This document shows, piece by piece, positions 24,790-34,210 of a stretch of DNA of 45,187 bases. The DNA comes from Bacilli bacterium (GTDB lineage Bacteria; Bacillota_I; Bacilli_A; ML615J-28; CAG-698), in NCBI GenBank assembly GCA_023228385.1, contig JALOBF010000002.1:1-45187 (forward strand). The letters run 5' to 3'. The first letter of the stretch is position 1, and the number at the start of each line of letters is the position of its first letter. Made by a program: the position numbers and the translations under genes. A model generated the notes under the pieces. The model had not been told where the DNA came from and made no database searches. It worked only from the letters and a program-made list of their open reading frames with translations.

Positions 24790-25785
24790 TTATCCGCGGG
24801 TAAGACCGACTTTATTGTATACTTCTCTAATCTTTTTTTGAGCAATTGCTTGAGCTTTGGCTTTACCCATATCAAGAATATCATCAAGCATCTTAGAATT
24901 TATGATTTTATGATATTTTTCTTGCAAAATTCCGATTTCATTGGCAACAATATCAGCCAAATCGTTTTTGAATAAACCGTATCCGGCATTCTCGTATTTT
25001 TTTTCTATCGCGGTATAAGTTAATCCGGTTAAGGCGGAATAGATAGTTATTAAATTTGATATACCCGGTTTTCTACTTTTGCTATACTTAATTTTACTCT
25101 CTGAATCAGTAATGCTGCTTTTAATTTTCTTTTTAATGGTATCTATCGGTTCCAATAGAAAAATACAGCCTTTTTCATTGTTCGCCGATTTATCCATTTT
25201 CTTTAATGGATCTTGCAAATCCATTATTTTTGCACCGGTTTTGGTAACGAGGACTTCCGGAACAACAAATGTTTCCCCGTAACGATTATTAAATCTTTCC
25301 GCAAGATTACGGGTAAGTTCTAAATGTTGTTTTTGGTCCTCGCCAACCGGAACGTACTGAGCATCGTAAAGTAAAATATCAGCCGCCATTAAAATTGGAT
25401 AATTAAATAAAGCGGCAGGAATCCCGCTTTTTTGCTGTTTAGCTTTATCCTTATATTGTGTCATCCGTTCCAATTCTCCCATATAACTTATGGTTTGAAG
25501 AATATAACCCAATTCCGCATGTTCATGGACTTCCGATTGTACAAAAAGAGATAAATTGTCCACGGAAAGTCCGCTTGCTAAATATAAAGCGGCAACACTA
25601 CGAATGTTTTGGCGTAGTTCTTCTACATCATGAGGAACCGTAATGGCATGTAAGTCGGCAACGAATACGAAAAATTCAAAATCTTTCATTTCTTCTTGCA
25701 AGCTTACGAAATTTTTTAAAGCTCCTATATAATTACCTAATGTCGGTATACCGGAAGGCTTTATTCCTGACAATATTATTTTCAT
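24790..25785 (-). CDS. trpS: Tryptophanyl-tRNA synthetase
   Basis: 331 aa from ATG 25785 (GGAGGT SD; the track ORF begins 11 codons upstream). SGIKPSGIPTLGNYIG and KMDKS motifs. Confidence 0.95.
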   Translation of the reverse strand: MKIILSGIKPSGIPTLGNYIGALKNFVSLQEEMKDFEFFVFVADLHAITVPHDVEELRQNIRSVAALYLASGLSVDNLSLFVQSEVHEHAELGYILQTISYMGELERMTQYKDKAKQQKSGIPAALFNYPILMAADILLYDAQYVPVGEDQKQHLELTRNLAERFNNRYGETFVVPEVLVTKTGAKIMDLQDPLKKMDKSANNEKGCIFLLEPIDTIKKKIKSSITDSESKIKYSKSRKPGISNLITIYSALTGLTYTAIEKKYENAGYGLFKNDLADIVANEIGILQEKYHKIINSKMLDDILDMGKAKAQAIAQKKIREVYNKVGLTRG

Positions 25786-25834
25786 AATTTGACCTCCAAG
25801 CAGTGATTCTAACACCATTATTGACTTATACTAT

Positions 25835-25863
25835 ATTATAAGTCTTAATAAGTTAATTGTCAA
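25835..25863 (-). promoter_or_regulatory. Sigma-A promoter of trpS
   Basis: Minus strand gives exact TTGACA (complement of 25858-25863), 17 nt, exact TATAAT (complement of 25835-25840). This leaves only about 45 nt of 5' UTR. Confidence 0.6.
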
Positions 25864-25948
25864 ACCCTATCTTATTTATGAAAACGCTTAACATTCGGCT
25901 TTTTTTGCAAGCAAATATTAAATAAAACGCTTACATTTTATTTTCTTC

Positions 25949-25977
25949 TTGACATTGACAGCGATAATTATTATAAT
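25949..25977 (+). promoter_or_regulatory. Sigma-A promoter of the opp operon
   Basis: Exact TTGACA (25949-25954), 17 nt, exact TATAAT (25972-25977). Confidence 0.6.
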
Positions 25978-26028
25978 AATATAAAACCTTATATGTGTTT
26001 AAAAAAAAAGGGAGGAAAAACATAAGCA

Positions 26029-29000
26029 ATGAAGAAGTTATTCAGTGCGTTAATGCTGTTTATTGCTGTTTTCGCTTTAGTCGCTTGTAATGGCAAAAAA
26101 GACGAAGGCAGTAGATTGACTATCGTTGGACGCAGTCATTTTGCTTTAAATGAAGAAGTTGAATTAGAAGCTAAATTACTGCCAGCCGATGATAACGATG
26201 TTTTTGAATGGCAATCATCTGATGAAGATGTTATTAAGGTTGCCCCAAAAACTGTAAAAAGTGAGGATGAAGAAAAAGAAGACGAAGTCATATCCAAAAT
26301 TGGTGTTGTTGAAACCAAAAAAATCGGAAAAGCAACTCTGACTGTATCTTTAAAAGGCAACAAGAAAGTAAAAGCCACTCTTGATGTCGAAGTCAAATCC
26401 GAATTGGTTAAACCCGAAGAAGTTAAATTATTCTTTGATTTACCTTTTGGAAAGGTTTCTCTTGATTCTTTATTCATTGATGCAGAATTTCAATTTATAG
26501 CTCAGGTTTACCCTGAAGGTGCTGACCAGCAAATAATTTGGTCTTCATCTGATGAAACAGTTGCAACTGTTAGTCCTAATGGCTTAGTTATTGCCAAGGT
26601 TAACGGTCCTGTTACAATTACTGCAAGCGTAGCTGGTGCTAGTGCTTTTACAGTTAAAGACGCTAAAGACAAAGATGTACCGCTGGAAGTTGCAGCTGAG
26701 TATGATTTTAATGTAATAAGTCAACTTGAAGTTGACGGTGATACTGAAACAAAACTCGGTAAGAAAGTTCAGTTGGAAGCAAAAGTTAATGATACTTTTA
26801 ATTATGATGAGAAAGTTCTATGGTCTTCCTCTAATAGTTTAGTTGCCGAAGTTGATGAAAAAGGTTTAGTTAATCCTAAGGCAGCCGGGAAAGTGGTTAT
26901 TACTGCTTCCGTAACTTCTAAAGATGGTAAGAAGACAAGATCCGTTTCTTTCCCATTCCAAGTTTTAACTGAATTAAATGCAAATCAGTTAGCAGGCGGA
27001 GCAGATGGAATGGAAATTAGCTTCAAATATGCAACTCCTGAAGTTAAGGCCCAAATTTTAGCCGCTTTGGAAAGACATTTAATCAATAAAGGAGCAAGTA
27101 TTCCCGTTGTTAATAACAGTGGAGCCGTTGTTTATTCAGATAGGGTAACATTACCGACGAAAGAATTCGTCCCAATAATGGGATTTGGTGCATTTTACTG
27201 TACTTTAAAAGATAACGATGCCGATCATCCTTATCGGACTTATACTACTGCTAATCCGAAAACATTTAATCATTTAATGTATAAAGATAGTATTGAGTCT
27301 GATATGATGACTTTAACCGAATTAAGCCTATTTTCACTTGAATTTAATGATGATTTTGACGGTTATGTAATGCAAGCATCTGCCGCAGCAAAATTTGCTG
27401 AGCCGGTTGCATATAATGAAGAAACTGAAGCATGGGAAGTAATTGAAGACTTTGATCCCGATGAATATTCAGGAACAGCCTGGAAAGTTACATTAAGTAA
27501 TAACTTATTCTGGGTTGATAAAACCGGTGCAAAGAAAGAACAAATTAAAGCGGACGACTTTATTTATTCATATATGATGGCTCTTGACCCAGTTCAACAA
27601 AATTCACGCGCCAACTATTTCTATAGTTCTGCCGGAGTTCCCATTAAGAATGGAGAAAAATACTTTAAGCAACTAGATGCTGAAGGAAATTCTAATATTC
27701 CTTCAAAAGGTGTCGAAAACGGAGCCTATGAAACTGTTGATTGGGATCAGGTCGGTGTCCACAAAGTGGATGAATTCTCATTTGTATTAGAATTAGAACT
27801 GCCCTTCCAGCAATGGGATGTTCACTATAATACAACTGGATTCCTTTTCGCTCCAGTATATAAGCCTTTGTTCGAAGCTGGTTTTGATAAAGATAGAAAA
27901 GTTACAAATTATGGCTCTGAACTTGATAAATATATGAACAGCGGTGCATATTATATGTCATATTGGGAATCTAGTAAACAATACAGATTCACTAAGAATG
28001 AACATTATGTTTACAATACAGGGTGCCAAGAGTATACACCTGCTGTTATTCATTATACAATTGTAAAAGATGCAAATGCCGCATTGGAAATGTTTGAAAA
28101 TAACCAATTAGATGTAGTTAATGTTCCGGCTACCCACTACGAGCAATACAAAAATAATGCCGGTTTGAAAAAAGCGCCGGGTGCCACCGCGTTTAGATTC
28201 TCTGTTAACCGTGCCACTCAAGCTGAATTGGATATGGATTTTGGTATTGGTGCATGGGAAACTAAACCTATTCTTCAGGAAGATGATTTTATGTGGGCAT
28301 TGTATTTTGCTATGAATCGTCAATATATTGCTGAAGAACTCGGTAAGACATTATCGCCAGAACAATTCTATTATACTCAGGCTTATGTAGTTGATCCGAA
28401 AGCAGGTCAAGCATATCGTGATACTGATGCGGGAAAACTAGTCGGAGATGGAATCTTCGAAGGTGATATTAAACTCAGTGCAAAATCTTTCGGTTATAAT
28501 AAAGCACTTGCAACCGATTACTATGTAAAAGCCTTAAAGAGCATGTTGCAAAAAGGTGTTATTACTGAAGGAACGGCAAAGAAGAAGACCGTTATTAAAA
28601 TTGAAATTGCAGCATTTGACAGTGTGACCTGGACAAATATTCTTGATTATTTGGCTGAAGAATTAGAACAAACATTTAATGCTCAAACAGAATATCCTAA
28701 TATTGAAATTAAAGTTACAGCAGCACCTCAGCCCGGTATGAACGTTTATTATGAAAAACAGATGAAAGGCCGTTATGACTTGGCACTGGCTGGAATATCT
28801 GGTGGTTTATTAGATCCAATTGGGCTAATGGAATGCTTCTGTGATGACAACCGTAGTGGTTTACTGTTAAGTTTGGGCTTTGACTCTCACAATCCATCAA
28901 TTCTAATCGATTTGGATCTTGATGGCGACGGTGAACTTGACGGTGCTAAATACTGGTCGTTTGACGCGCTATATTCCGCAACAGCTGGCAAAGTATTTGT

Positions 29001-29037
29001 TAAGATGGGTGTGGAAGCAGAAGCGCCTGCCGAATAA
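26029..29037 (+). CDS. oppA: Oligopeptide-type (family 5) substrate-binding lipoprotein with three N-terminal Big_2 Ig-like domains
   Basis: 1002 aa. Signal plus lipobox LVAC (Cys20). Three Big_2-like repeats (..FEWQSSDEDVIKV..GKATLTV; ..IIWSSSDETVATVSPNGLV..GPVTITASV; ..VLWSSSNSLVAEVDEKGLV..GKVVITASV). Then an SBP_bac_5-like core (WVDKTGAKKEQIKADDFIYSYMMALDPVQQNSRANYFY). Heads the oppBCDF genes. Confidence 0.8.
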   Translation: MKKLFSALMLFIAVFALVACNGKKDEGSRLTIVGRSHFALNEEVELEAKLLPADDNDVFEWQSSDEDVIKVAPKTVKSEDEEKEDEVISKIGVVETKKIGKATLTVSLKGNKKVKATLDVEVKSELVKPEEVKLFFDLPFGKVSLDSLFIDAEFQFIAQVYPEGADQQIIWSSSDETVATVSPNGLVIAKVNGPVTITASVAGASAFTVKDAKDKDVPLEVAAEYDFNVISQLEVDGDTETKLGKKVQLEAKVNDTFNYDEKVLWSSSNSLVAEVDEKGLVNPKAAGKVVITASVTSKDGKKTRSVSFPFQVLTELNANQLAGGADGMEISFKYATPEVKAQILAALERHLINKGASIPVVNNSGAVVYSDRVTLPTKEFVPIMGFGAFYCTLKDNDADHPYRTYTTANPKTFNHLMYKDSIESDMMTLTELSLFSLEFNDDFDGYVMQASAAAKFAEPVAYNEETEAWEVIEDFDPDEYSGTAWKVTLSNNLFWVDKTGAKKEQIKADDFIYSYMMALDPVQQNSRANYFYSSAGVPIKNGEKYFKQLDAEGNSNIPSKGVENGAYETVDWDQVGVHKVDEFSFVLELELPFQQWDVHYNTTGFLFAPVYKPLFEAGFDKDRKVTNYGSELDKYMNSGAYYMSYWESSKQYRFTKNEHYVYNTGCQEYTPAVIHYTIVKDANAALEMFENNQLDVVNVPATHYEQYKNNAGLKKAPGATAFRFSVNRATQAELDMDFGIGAWETKPILQEDDFMWALYFAMNRQYIAEELGKTLSPEQFYYTQAYVVDPKAGQAYRDTDAGKLVGDGIFEGDIKLSAKSFGYNKALATDYYVKALKSMLQKGVITEGTAKKKTVIKIEIAAFDSVTWTNILDYLAEELEQTFNAQTEYPNIEIKVTAAPQPGMNVYYEKQMKGRYDLALAGISGGLLDPIGLMECFCDDNRSGLLLSLGFDSHNPSILIDLDLDGDGELDGAKYWSFDALYSATAGKVFVKMGVEAEAPAE

Positions 29038-29077
29038 TACATTGTGGTAATCCAATAGAAAGTGATTTATAGTTAAC

Positions 29078-29102
29078 GGGCCAACAAATTATTTGTTGGC
29101 TC
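29078..29102 (+). promoter_or_regulatory. Intra-operon stem-loop between oppA and oppB
   Basis: GCCAACAAA (29080-29088) / TTTGTTGGC (29092-29100) with only a weak T-tract. Could be a partial terminator or mRNA stabiliser of the kind usually found after SBP genes. Confidence 0.4.
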
Positions 29103-29124
29103 GTTATCTTCAAGGAGGAAACAT

Positions 29125-30069
29125 ATGGTTAGATATACAATAAAACGGTTATTTTTAATATTTATTACTTTATTTATTATTTTATCATTGTCTTTTTTTC
29201 TTATTAAATTGTTACCGGACAATAATGAATTACAATATTTAATGAATAAAGTTAAGCCTGAGGATTATGCATTAATGAGAAAGCAATGGGGTTATGATAA
29301 GCCCTTGTTTGTTCAGTATTTGTATTGGTTAAAAAATGTAATTTTTCATTGGGATTGGGGAGTGTCGACACATTATCTTTTGGGTCGCGATACATTTGAG
29401 ATTTTAACTCAGTTTTTACCTATAACTATGCGTTTAAATTTGGTTTCGCTTGTAATATCGATTCCGCTTGGACTTTTATTTGGAATTGTAGCAGCTTTAA
29501 GAAAAAATAAACCAATCGATTATATTATTTCTGTATTTGTTATTTTATTTATTTCGATACCTTCATTTGTTGTTGTAACAATGATGATGCTATCAGCAAA
29601 TGATTTAGGGTTACCCATACAGTATCGCCCGAGTGATATGGCTAATTATAAGGATATGATTATTCCGGTATTATCATTATCGTTTGGACCGATTGCAGTT
29701 CTAACGCGTTATACCAGAGCTGAGTTAATTGAAGTTTTAACATCGGATTTTATTTTATTGGCAAGAACAAAAGGACTTAATCGTTTCCATTCGACGGTTA
29801 GACATGGAATGAGAAATTCGATGGTTCCCTTGGTACCGATAATTATCGGAAATTTTATCGGAATTTTATTTGGTTCATTGGTTATTGAACGGGTTTACGG
29901 CGTTCCCGGAGTGGCAGGAATTTTAATTGAGTCAATCGGCATACAGGATTATAATTTAACAATGACGGCTTTGGCATTTTATACGATAATTAGTTTAGTT
30001 GCCACACTTATAGTGGATTTAACTTATGGAATAGTTGATCCAAGAATTAGAATGGGGAGTAGAAAATAA
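29125..30069 (+). CDS. oppB: Oligopeptide ABC transporter permease
   Basis: 314 aa, 6 TM spans. EAA-loop LARTKGLNRFHSTVRHGMRNSMVP. Confidence 0.9.
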   Translation: MVRYTIKRLFLIFITLFIILSLSFFLIKLLPDNNELQYLMNKVKPEDYALMRKQWGYDKPLFVQYLYWLKNVIFHWDWGVSTHYLLGRDTFEILTQFLPITMRLNLVSLVISIPLGLLFGIVAALRKNKPIDYIISVFVILFISIPSFVVVTMMMLSANDLGLPIQYRPSDMANYKDMIIPVLSLSFGPIAVLTRYTRAELIEVLTSDFILLARTKGLNRFHSTVRHGMRNSMVPLVPIIIGNFIGILFGSLVIERVYGVPGVAGILIESIGIQDYNLTMTALAFYTIISLVATLIVDLTYGIVDPRIRMGSRK

Positions 30070-31400
30070 TGAACGAATATAAACATATTGATATAAATAA
30101 ATTTGAATTCGTCCAAATGGACACTAAAATATTCGATAAAAAGTTTGAAACCAAAGCTATCGGATATTTTGGCGATGCTGCCCGTCGTTTTGCCCGCAAT
30201 AAATCAAGCGTTTTGGGATTCGTTATTTTAATTATAATAATAATTATGTCAATTATCGGTCCCCATATCGGGGGGCGCGGCGTTTATGCCCAAGAAAAAC
30301 GATTTAGTCAATTACCAGCCAAAATCCCGCTATTAAGTAAAATCGGTATTGCCGCCGGAACTCGTAAATACAATAAGCAAAGCACACAATACATTAAAAG
30401 CATTTCTGAAGTGCAACCTGATGATCCTGATTATAAGAACTATTTTTTTGAAGAGTGTATCGTTTGGCGTTCAAAGCCTTATATCGACATTCAGGATAAT
30501 AAAGAAGTTGAAGTTATTGATTTTAAATATGATGAATATAAAAGTCGGACTCTTCCTTATATAAGCGGTTGGTTAAGCAGGAAAGAATATGAGGATTTAT
30601 TAGCAAAGGGAGCGGTTATCGGCGATCCTATTGATATTAACGATGAAACTCCTGGTTTTGAACAATATAAGGTTCAGGTTAATCCGTTAAAAGAGTTTGG
30701 TTTTAAAAGCGATAAGAGTTTTTACTTTTTATTCGGAACCGATCAACTCGGCCGTGATATGTGGTCACGCGTGTGGAAAGGCACTAGGGTTTCGCTATTA
30801 ATTGGATTGTTTGTTGCCATCGTAACGGTGACGGTCGGTGTTATTTACGGGGCTGTTTCCGGATATTACGGCGGTGCAATTGATATGGCCTTACAAAGAT
30901 TTTCTGAAATATTAAGCGGTATTCCCTGGATAGCAATAATGACTTTAGTTGTATTGTATTTAGGAAGTACTTTGTTTACGATAGCACTAGCCTTGGTACT
31001 GACCAGTTGGATTGGGACTTCTAATATGGTTAGATCACAGTTTTATCGCTATAAAGGGCGCGAATATGTTTTAGCGGCAAGGACTTTAGGGGCCAAAGAC
31101 AGTCGTTTAATTTTTAAGCATATTCTACCCAACGCTTTAGGACCAATCGTTACATCTTCGGTATTGATTATTCCGAGTGCTATTTTTTCGGAAGCGATGA
31201 TTTCATATCTCGGTTTGGGAATTAGCGGTGGTGTGTCAATCGGTAAATTATTATCAGACGGTCAAGCAATTGGGATTACAACCTATCCGTATTTAACTAT
31301 CTTTCCGGCATTGATAATATCTTTACTGATGATTTCCTTTAATTTGTTTGGAAATGGTTTGCGTGATGCGCTTAATCCTTCATTGAGAGGAGTTGAATAA
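30069..31400 (+). CDS. oppC: Oligopeptide ABC transporter permease with an enlarged extracytoplasmic loop
   Basis: 443 aa. TM1 (FVILIIIIIMSIIGP), then about 150 non-hydrophobic residues before the conserved LFGTDQLGRDMWSR. EAA-loop AARTLGAKDSRLIFKHILPNALGP. TAATG overlap with oppB. Confidence 0.9.
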   Translation: MNEYKHIDINKFEFVQMDTKIFDKKFETKAIGYFGDAARRFARNKSSVLGFVILIIIIIMSIIGPHIGGRGVYAQEKRFSQLPAKIPLLSKIGIAAGTRKYNKQSTQYIKSISEVQPDDPDYKNYFFEECIVWRSKPYIDIQDNKEVEVIDFKYDEYKSRTLPYISGWLSRKEYEDLLAKGAVIGDPIDINDETPGFEQYKVQVNPLKEFGFKSDKSFYFLFGTDQLGRDMWSRVWKGTRVSLLIGLFVAIVTVTVGVIYGAVSGYYGGAIDMALQRFSEILSGIPWIAIMTLVVLYLGSTLFTIALALVLTSWIGTSNMVRSQFYRYKGREYVLAARTLGAKDSRLIFKHILPNALGPIVTSSVLIIPSAIFSEAMISYLGLGISGGVSIGKLLSDGQAIGITTYPYLTIFPALIISLLMISFNLFGNGLRDALNPSLRGVE

Positions 31401-31401
31401 A

Positions 31402-32448
31402 ATGATATTACCTGACGATGTAATTTTACGGGTAGAGAATTTAACAATCTCATTTAAAACTCCAGCCGGTTTGGTAAGGGCGGTACGCGGTGTTGATTTT
31501 GATCTTAAACGCGGAGAAACACTATGTATTGTCGGCGAATCCGGTAGTGGGAAATCGGTAACCAGCCGGGCGGTAATGGGAATACTAGCCGGTAATGCGA
31601 TTATCGATGACGGTCATATTTATTATCGCGATATAGATTTATCACAAGTAAAAGAACAGGATTTTCATAAAATTCGCGGTTCAATGATTGGTATGATATT
31701 TCAAGACCCACTATCCAGTCTTAATCCTATTATGAAAATTGGCCGCCAAATAACAGAAGCCTTGATTTTGAAAAATAAAATGAGTAAAAAAGCTGCTAAA
31801 GTTAGGGCTTTGGAATTAATGCGCGAAGTAGGCATTCCCGAACCGGAAAAAAGATATTATCAATATCCATTCCATTTTTCCGGTGGGATGAGACAAAGAA
31901 TTGTTATTGCCATTGCCTTAGCAATGAATCCGGAAATACTCATTTGCGATGAACCAACGACGGCACTTGACGTAACGATTCAAGCACAAATATTGGAATT
32001 AATCAATAAATTAAAAAAAGACCGTGGCTTATCGATTATCTTTATAACCCATGACTTGGGTGTTGTTGCTAATATGGCCGACCGGATTGCCGTTATGTAT
32101 GCCGGTAAAATTGTTGAATACGGTAAAGCTGAAGAGGTTTTCTATGATAGCAGACATCCTTATACATGGGCTCTGCTTGAAAGCATGCCGGCTTTGGAAC
32201 AGGCTAAAGGTCAATTGAACGCCATCCCCGGCACGCCGCCGAATATGCTTTTCCCGCCTAAGGGTGATGCTTTTGCTCCGAGAAATCGTTATGCGATGAA
32301 AATTGATTTTGAAGAGGAACCACCATTTTTTAAGGTAACTGACACCCACTATGCGGCAGCATGGCTTTTACATCCTGATGCTCCCCATATTGAATCACCC
32401 ATTAAAGGTAAATATTTCATAAGTAAAGGGGCGAAATCCAATGACTGA
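31402..32448 (+). CDS. oppD: Oligopeptide ABC transporter ATP-binding protein
   Basis: ATG 31402 (GAGAGGAG SD). Walker A GESGSGKS, signature FSGGMRQR, Walker B ILICDEPTTALD, oligopeptide C-terminal extension. Confidence 0.92.
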   Translation: MILPDDVILRVENLTISFKTPAGLVRAVRGVDFDLKRGETLCIVGESGSGKSVTSRAVMGILAGNAIIDDGHIYYRDIDLSQVKEQDFHKIRGSMIGMIFQDPLSSLNPIMKIGRQITEALILKNKMSKKAAKVRALELMREVGIPEPEKRYYQYPFHFSGGMRQRIVIAIALAMNPEILICDEPTTALDVTIQAQILELINKLKKDRGLSIIFITHDLGVVANMADRIAVMYAGKIVEYGKAEEVFYDSRHPYTWALLESMPALEQAKGQLNAIPGTPPNMLFPPKGDAFAPRNRYAMKIDFEEEPPFFKVTDTHYAAAWLLHPDAPHIESPIKGKYFISKGAKSND

Positions 32449-33613
32449 GAATAAAGAAAAGATTTTAGAATTAAAAAAAGTTCGCCAATATTTTTCTAGT
32501 GGATTCGGTAAAAGAAGAGTTGTTGTAAAAGCGGTGCATAATATCAGTTTTGATATTTATAAAGGTGAAGTATTTGGTTTAGTCGGCGAATCCGGTTGCG
32601 GGAAAACGACGACCGGTCGGGCAATAATTAAATTATATAATATAACCGACGGTGATATTTATTTTAAGGGTCACAGGATTAGTTCGGGTAATCGTGGAAA
32701 AAACCTTGAAATAAGAAGATTAAAAAAGGAAATCGACGAGAAAAAGCAAGAAATCAACAATTTAATATCCGAATTAAAAGGTGAAGAGAAAAAGTTTGAT
32801 TCGGAATGGGTCGGAAAAGAAATTATTGAAGCAGAACAGGAACTCAAAGACTTTATTGAAGAAAAAAACGCCCGAATTAATGAATTGCTAAGAGAGAAAA
32901 AGATAAGCAAACGAATTAATCGCCGTAATCCAGGAATTATGACTAGTATGCAAATGATTTTTCAGGATCCGATTGATTCTTTAAACCCCCGCATGACCGT
33001 AAAAGAAATTGTATCCGAAGGATTAATTATTAACGGTATTAGAGATAAAAAATTCATAGATAAAGAAGTTAACAGAGTATTGGAATTGGTAGGGTTACTT
33101 CCCGATCATGCTAACCGCTATCCCCATGAGTTTAGCGGCGGTCAACGGCAAAGAATCGGCATTGCCCGAGCTTTAATTGTGAATCCTGAATTAATTATTG
33201 CTGATGAGCCGATTAGCGCATTGGATGTATCTATTCAAGCGCAAATAATTAACTTACTTAATGATTTAAGGAAAAATTTTGATCTGACTATTCTTTTTAT
33301 CGCTCATAATTTATCAGTAGTAAAATTCTTTTGTGATCGTATTGCCGTAATGTATTATGGTAGGATTGTTGAAATTGCAACTTCTGATGAACTGTTTAAA
33401 CATCCTTTACATCCTTATACAAAATCATTGTTATCAGCCGTCCCTTTGCCTGACCCTGATTATGAAAAAACACGGCAAAGGATTTCATATAATCCATCTC
33501 TTCGCAAATTTACGGCAGATAAACCAAAAATGGTTGAAATTTATCCGGGTCATTTTGTTTATGCAAGTCAAAATGAGGTTAAATCGTATCGTAAAGAGTT
33601 AAATCTAGAATAA
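32441..33613 (+). CDS. oppF: Oligopeptide ABC transporter ATP-binding protein carrying a charged helical insert
   Basis: 390 aa. Walker A GESGCGKTT, Q-loop MQMIFQDP, FSGGQRQR, LIIADEPISALD. About 70 additional residues lie between the Walker A region and the Q-loop. Confidence 0.92.
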   Translation: MTENKEKILELKKVRQYFSSGFGKRRVVVKAVHNISFDIYKGEVFGLVGESGCGKTTTGRAIIKLYNITDGDIYFKGHRISSGNRGKNLEIRRLKKEIDEKKQEINNLISELKGEEKKFDSEWVGKEIIEAEQELKDFIEEKNARINELLREKKISKRINRRNPGIMTSMQMIFQDPIDSLNPRMTVKEIVSEGLIINGIRDKKFIDKEVNRVLELVGLLPDHANRYPHEFSGGQRQRIGIARALIVNPELIIADEPISALDVSIQAQIINLLNDLRKNFDLTILFIAHNLSVVKFFCDRIAVMYYGRIVEIATSDELFKHPLHPYTKSLLSAVPLPDPDYEKTRQRISYNPSLRKFTADKPKMVEIYPGHFVYASQNEVKSYRKELNLE

Positions 33614-33629
33614 AATCCGGTGATTATTT

Positions 33630-34181
33630 ATGCGTAATTATAGAAAATATACTGAAGAACAAATTTTCTTACCGATAGTTATTTTAATATTGGGACTTAT
33701 ATCATTTTTGATGATATTTACCAATGCGCTGATTTTAAAAGTAGATTATTTGGTTCAAGTCGGCCAAATGCCGCAATATGTTCCGATAACCGATTATTTC
33801 AAGGGCTTCAATCTCGCCTTTAAAATAGGTACCGGTGAAGTCGGTTATAAATATTATAGTTTTATGGCTTCGATCAGTTACTTTATCCCTTTATTATTCG
33901 GCGTTTTGGTAAATATAAAATTAGGGAAAGTGCCTAAATATCTAGTGTATTTTGTTGCGGCATTTTTCTTAATGGTTATACCGATAATTTATCTGATTAG
34001 ATTAAATGGCATTGTTTCGGAATTAAAAGAAATAATAGAGATAGAATCAATATTACTCGGTAAAAAATATCAGAACCTGATTATTAAAATTGAAACAGGC
34101 GCGATAATTCACGCTGCCTTAGCGATTATAGCTGGATTATTCAGTATTTATGCCGGTAGATTGTCGCTTTTAGTAAAATAA
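33630..34181 (+). CDS. Hypothetical integral membrane protein (about 4 TM)
   Basis: 183 aa. 16 nt after the oppF stop with no terminator. Hydrophobic spans plus a KEIIEIESILLGKKYQN loop. No family recognised. Confidence 0.5.
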   Translation: MRNYRKYTEEQIFLPIVILILGLISFLMIFTNALILKVDYLVQVGQMPQYVPITDYFKGFNLAFKIGTGEVGYKYYSFMASISYFIPLLFGVLVNIKLGKVPKYLVYFVAAFFLMVIPIIYLIRLNGIVSELKEIIEIESILLGKKYQNLIIKIETGAIIHAALAIIAGLFSIYAGRLSLLVK

Positions 34182-34210
34182 TATTTGATCTAAAAGCGGG
34201 AGGAAAAGAA

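Noticed and set aside
26136-26477. 113-aa Ser-rich minus-strand ORF in oppA, and similar shadows at 28108..28323, 28715..28900 and 32029..32349
   Set aside because: They are antisense to strongly supported opp genes. Compositionally biased translations, no SD.
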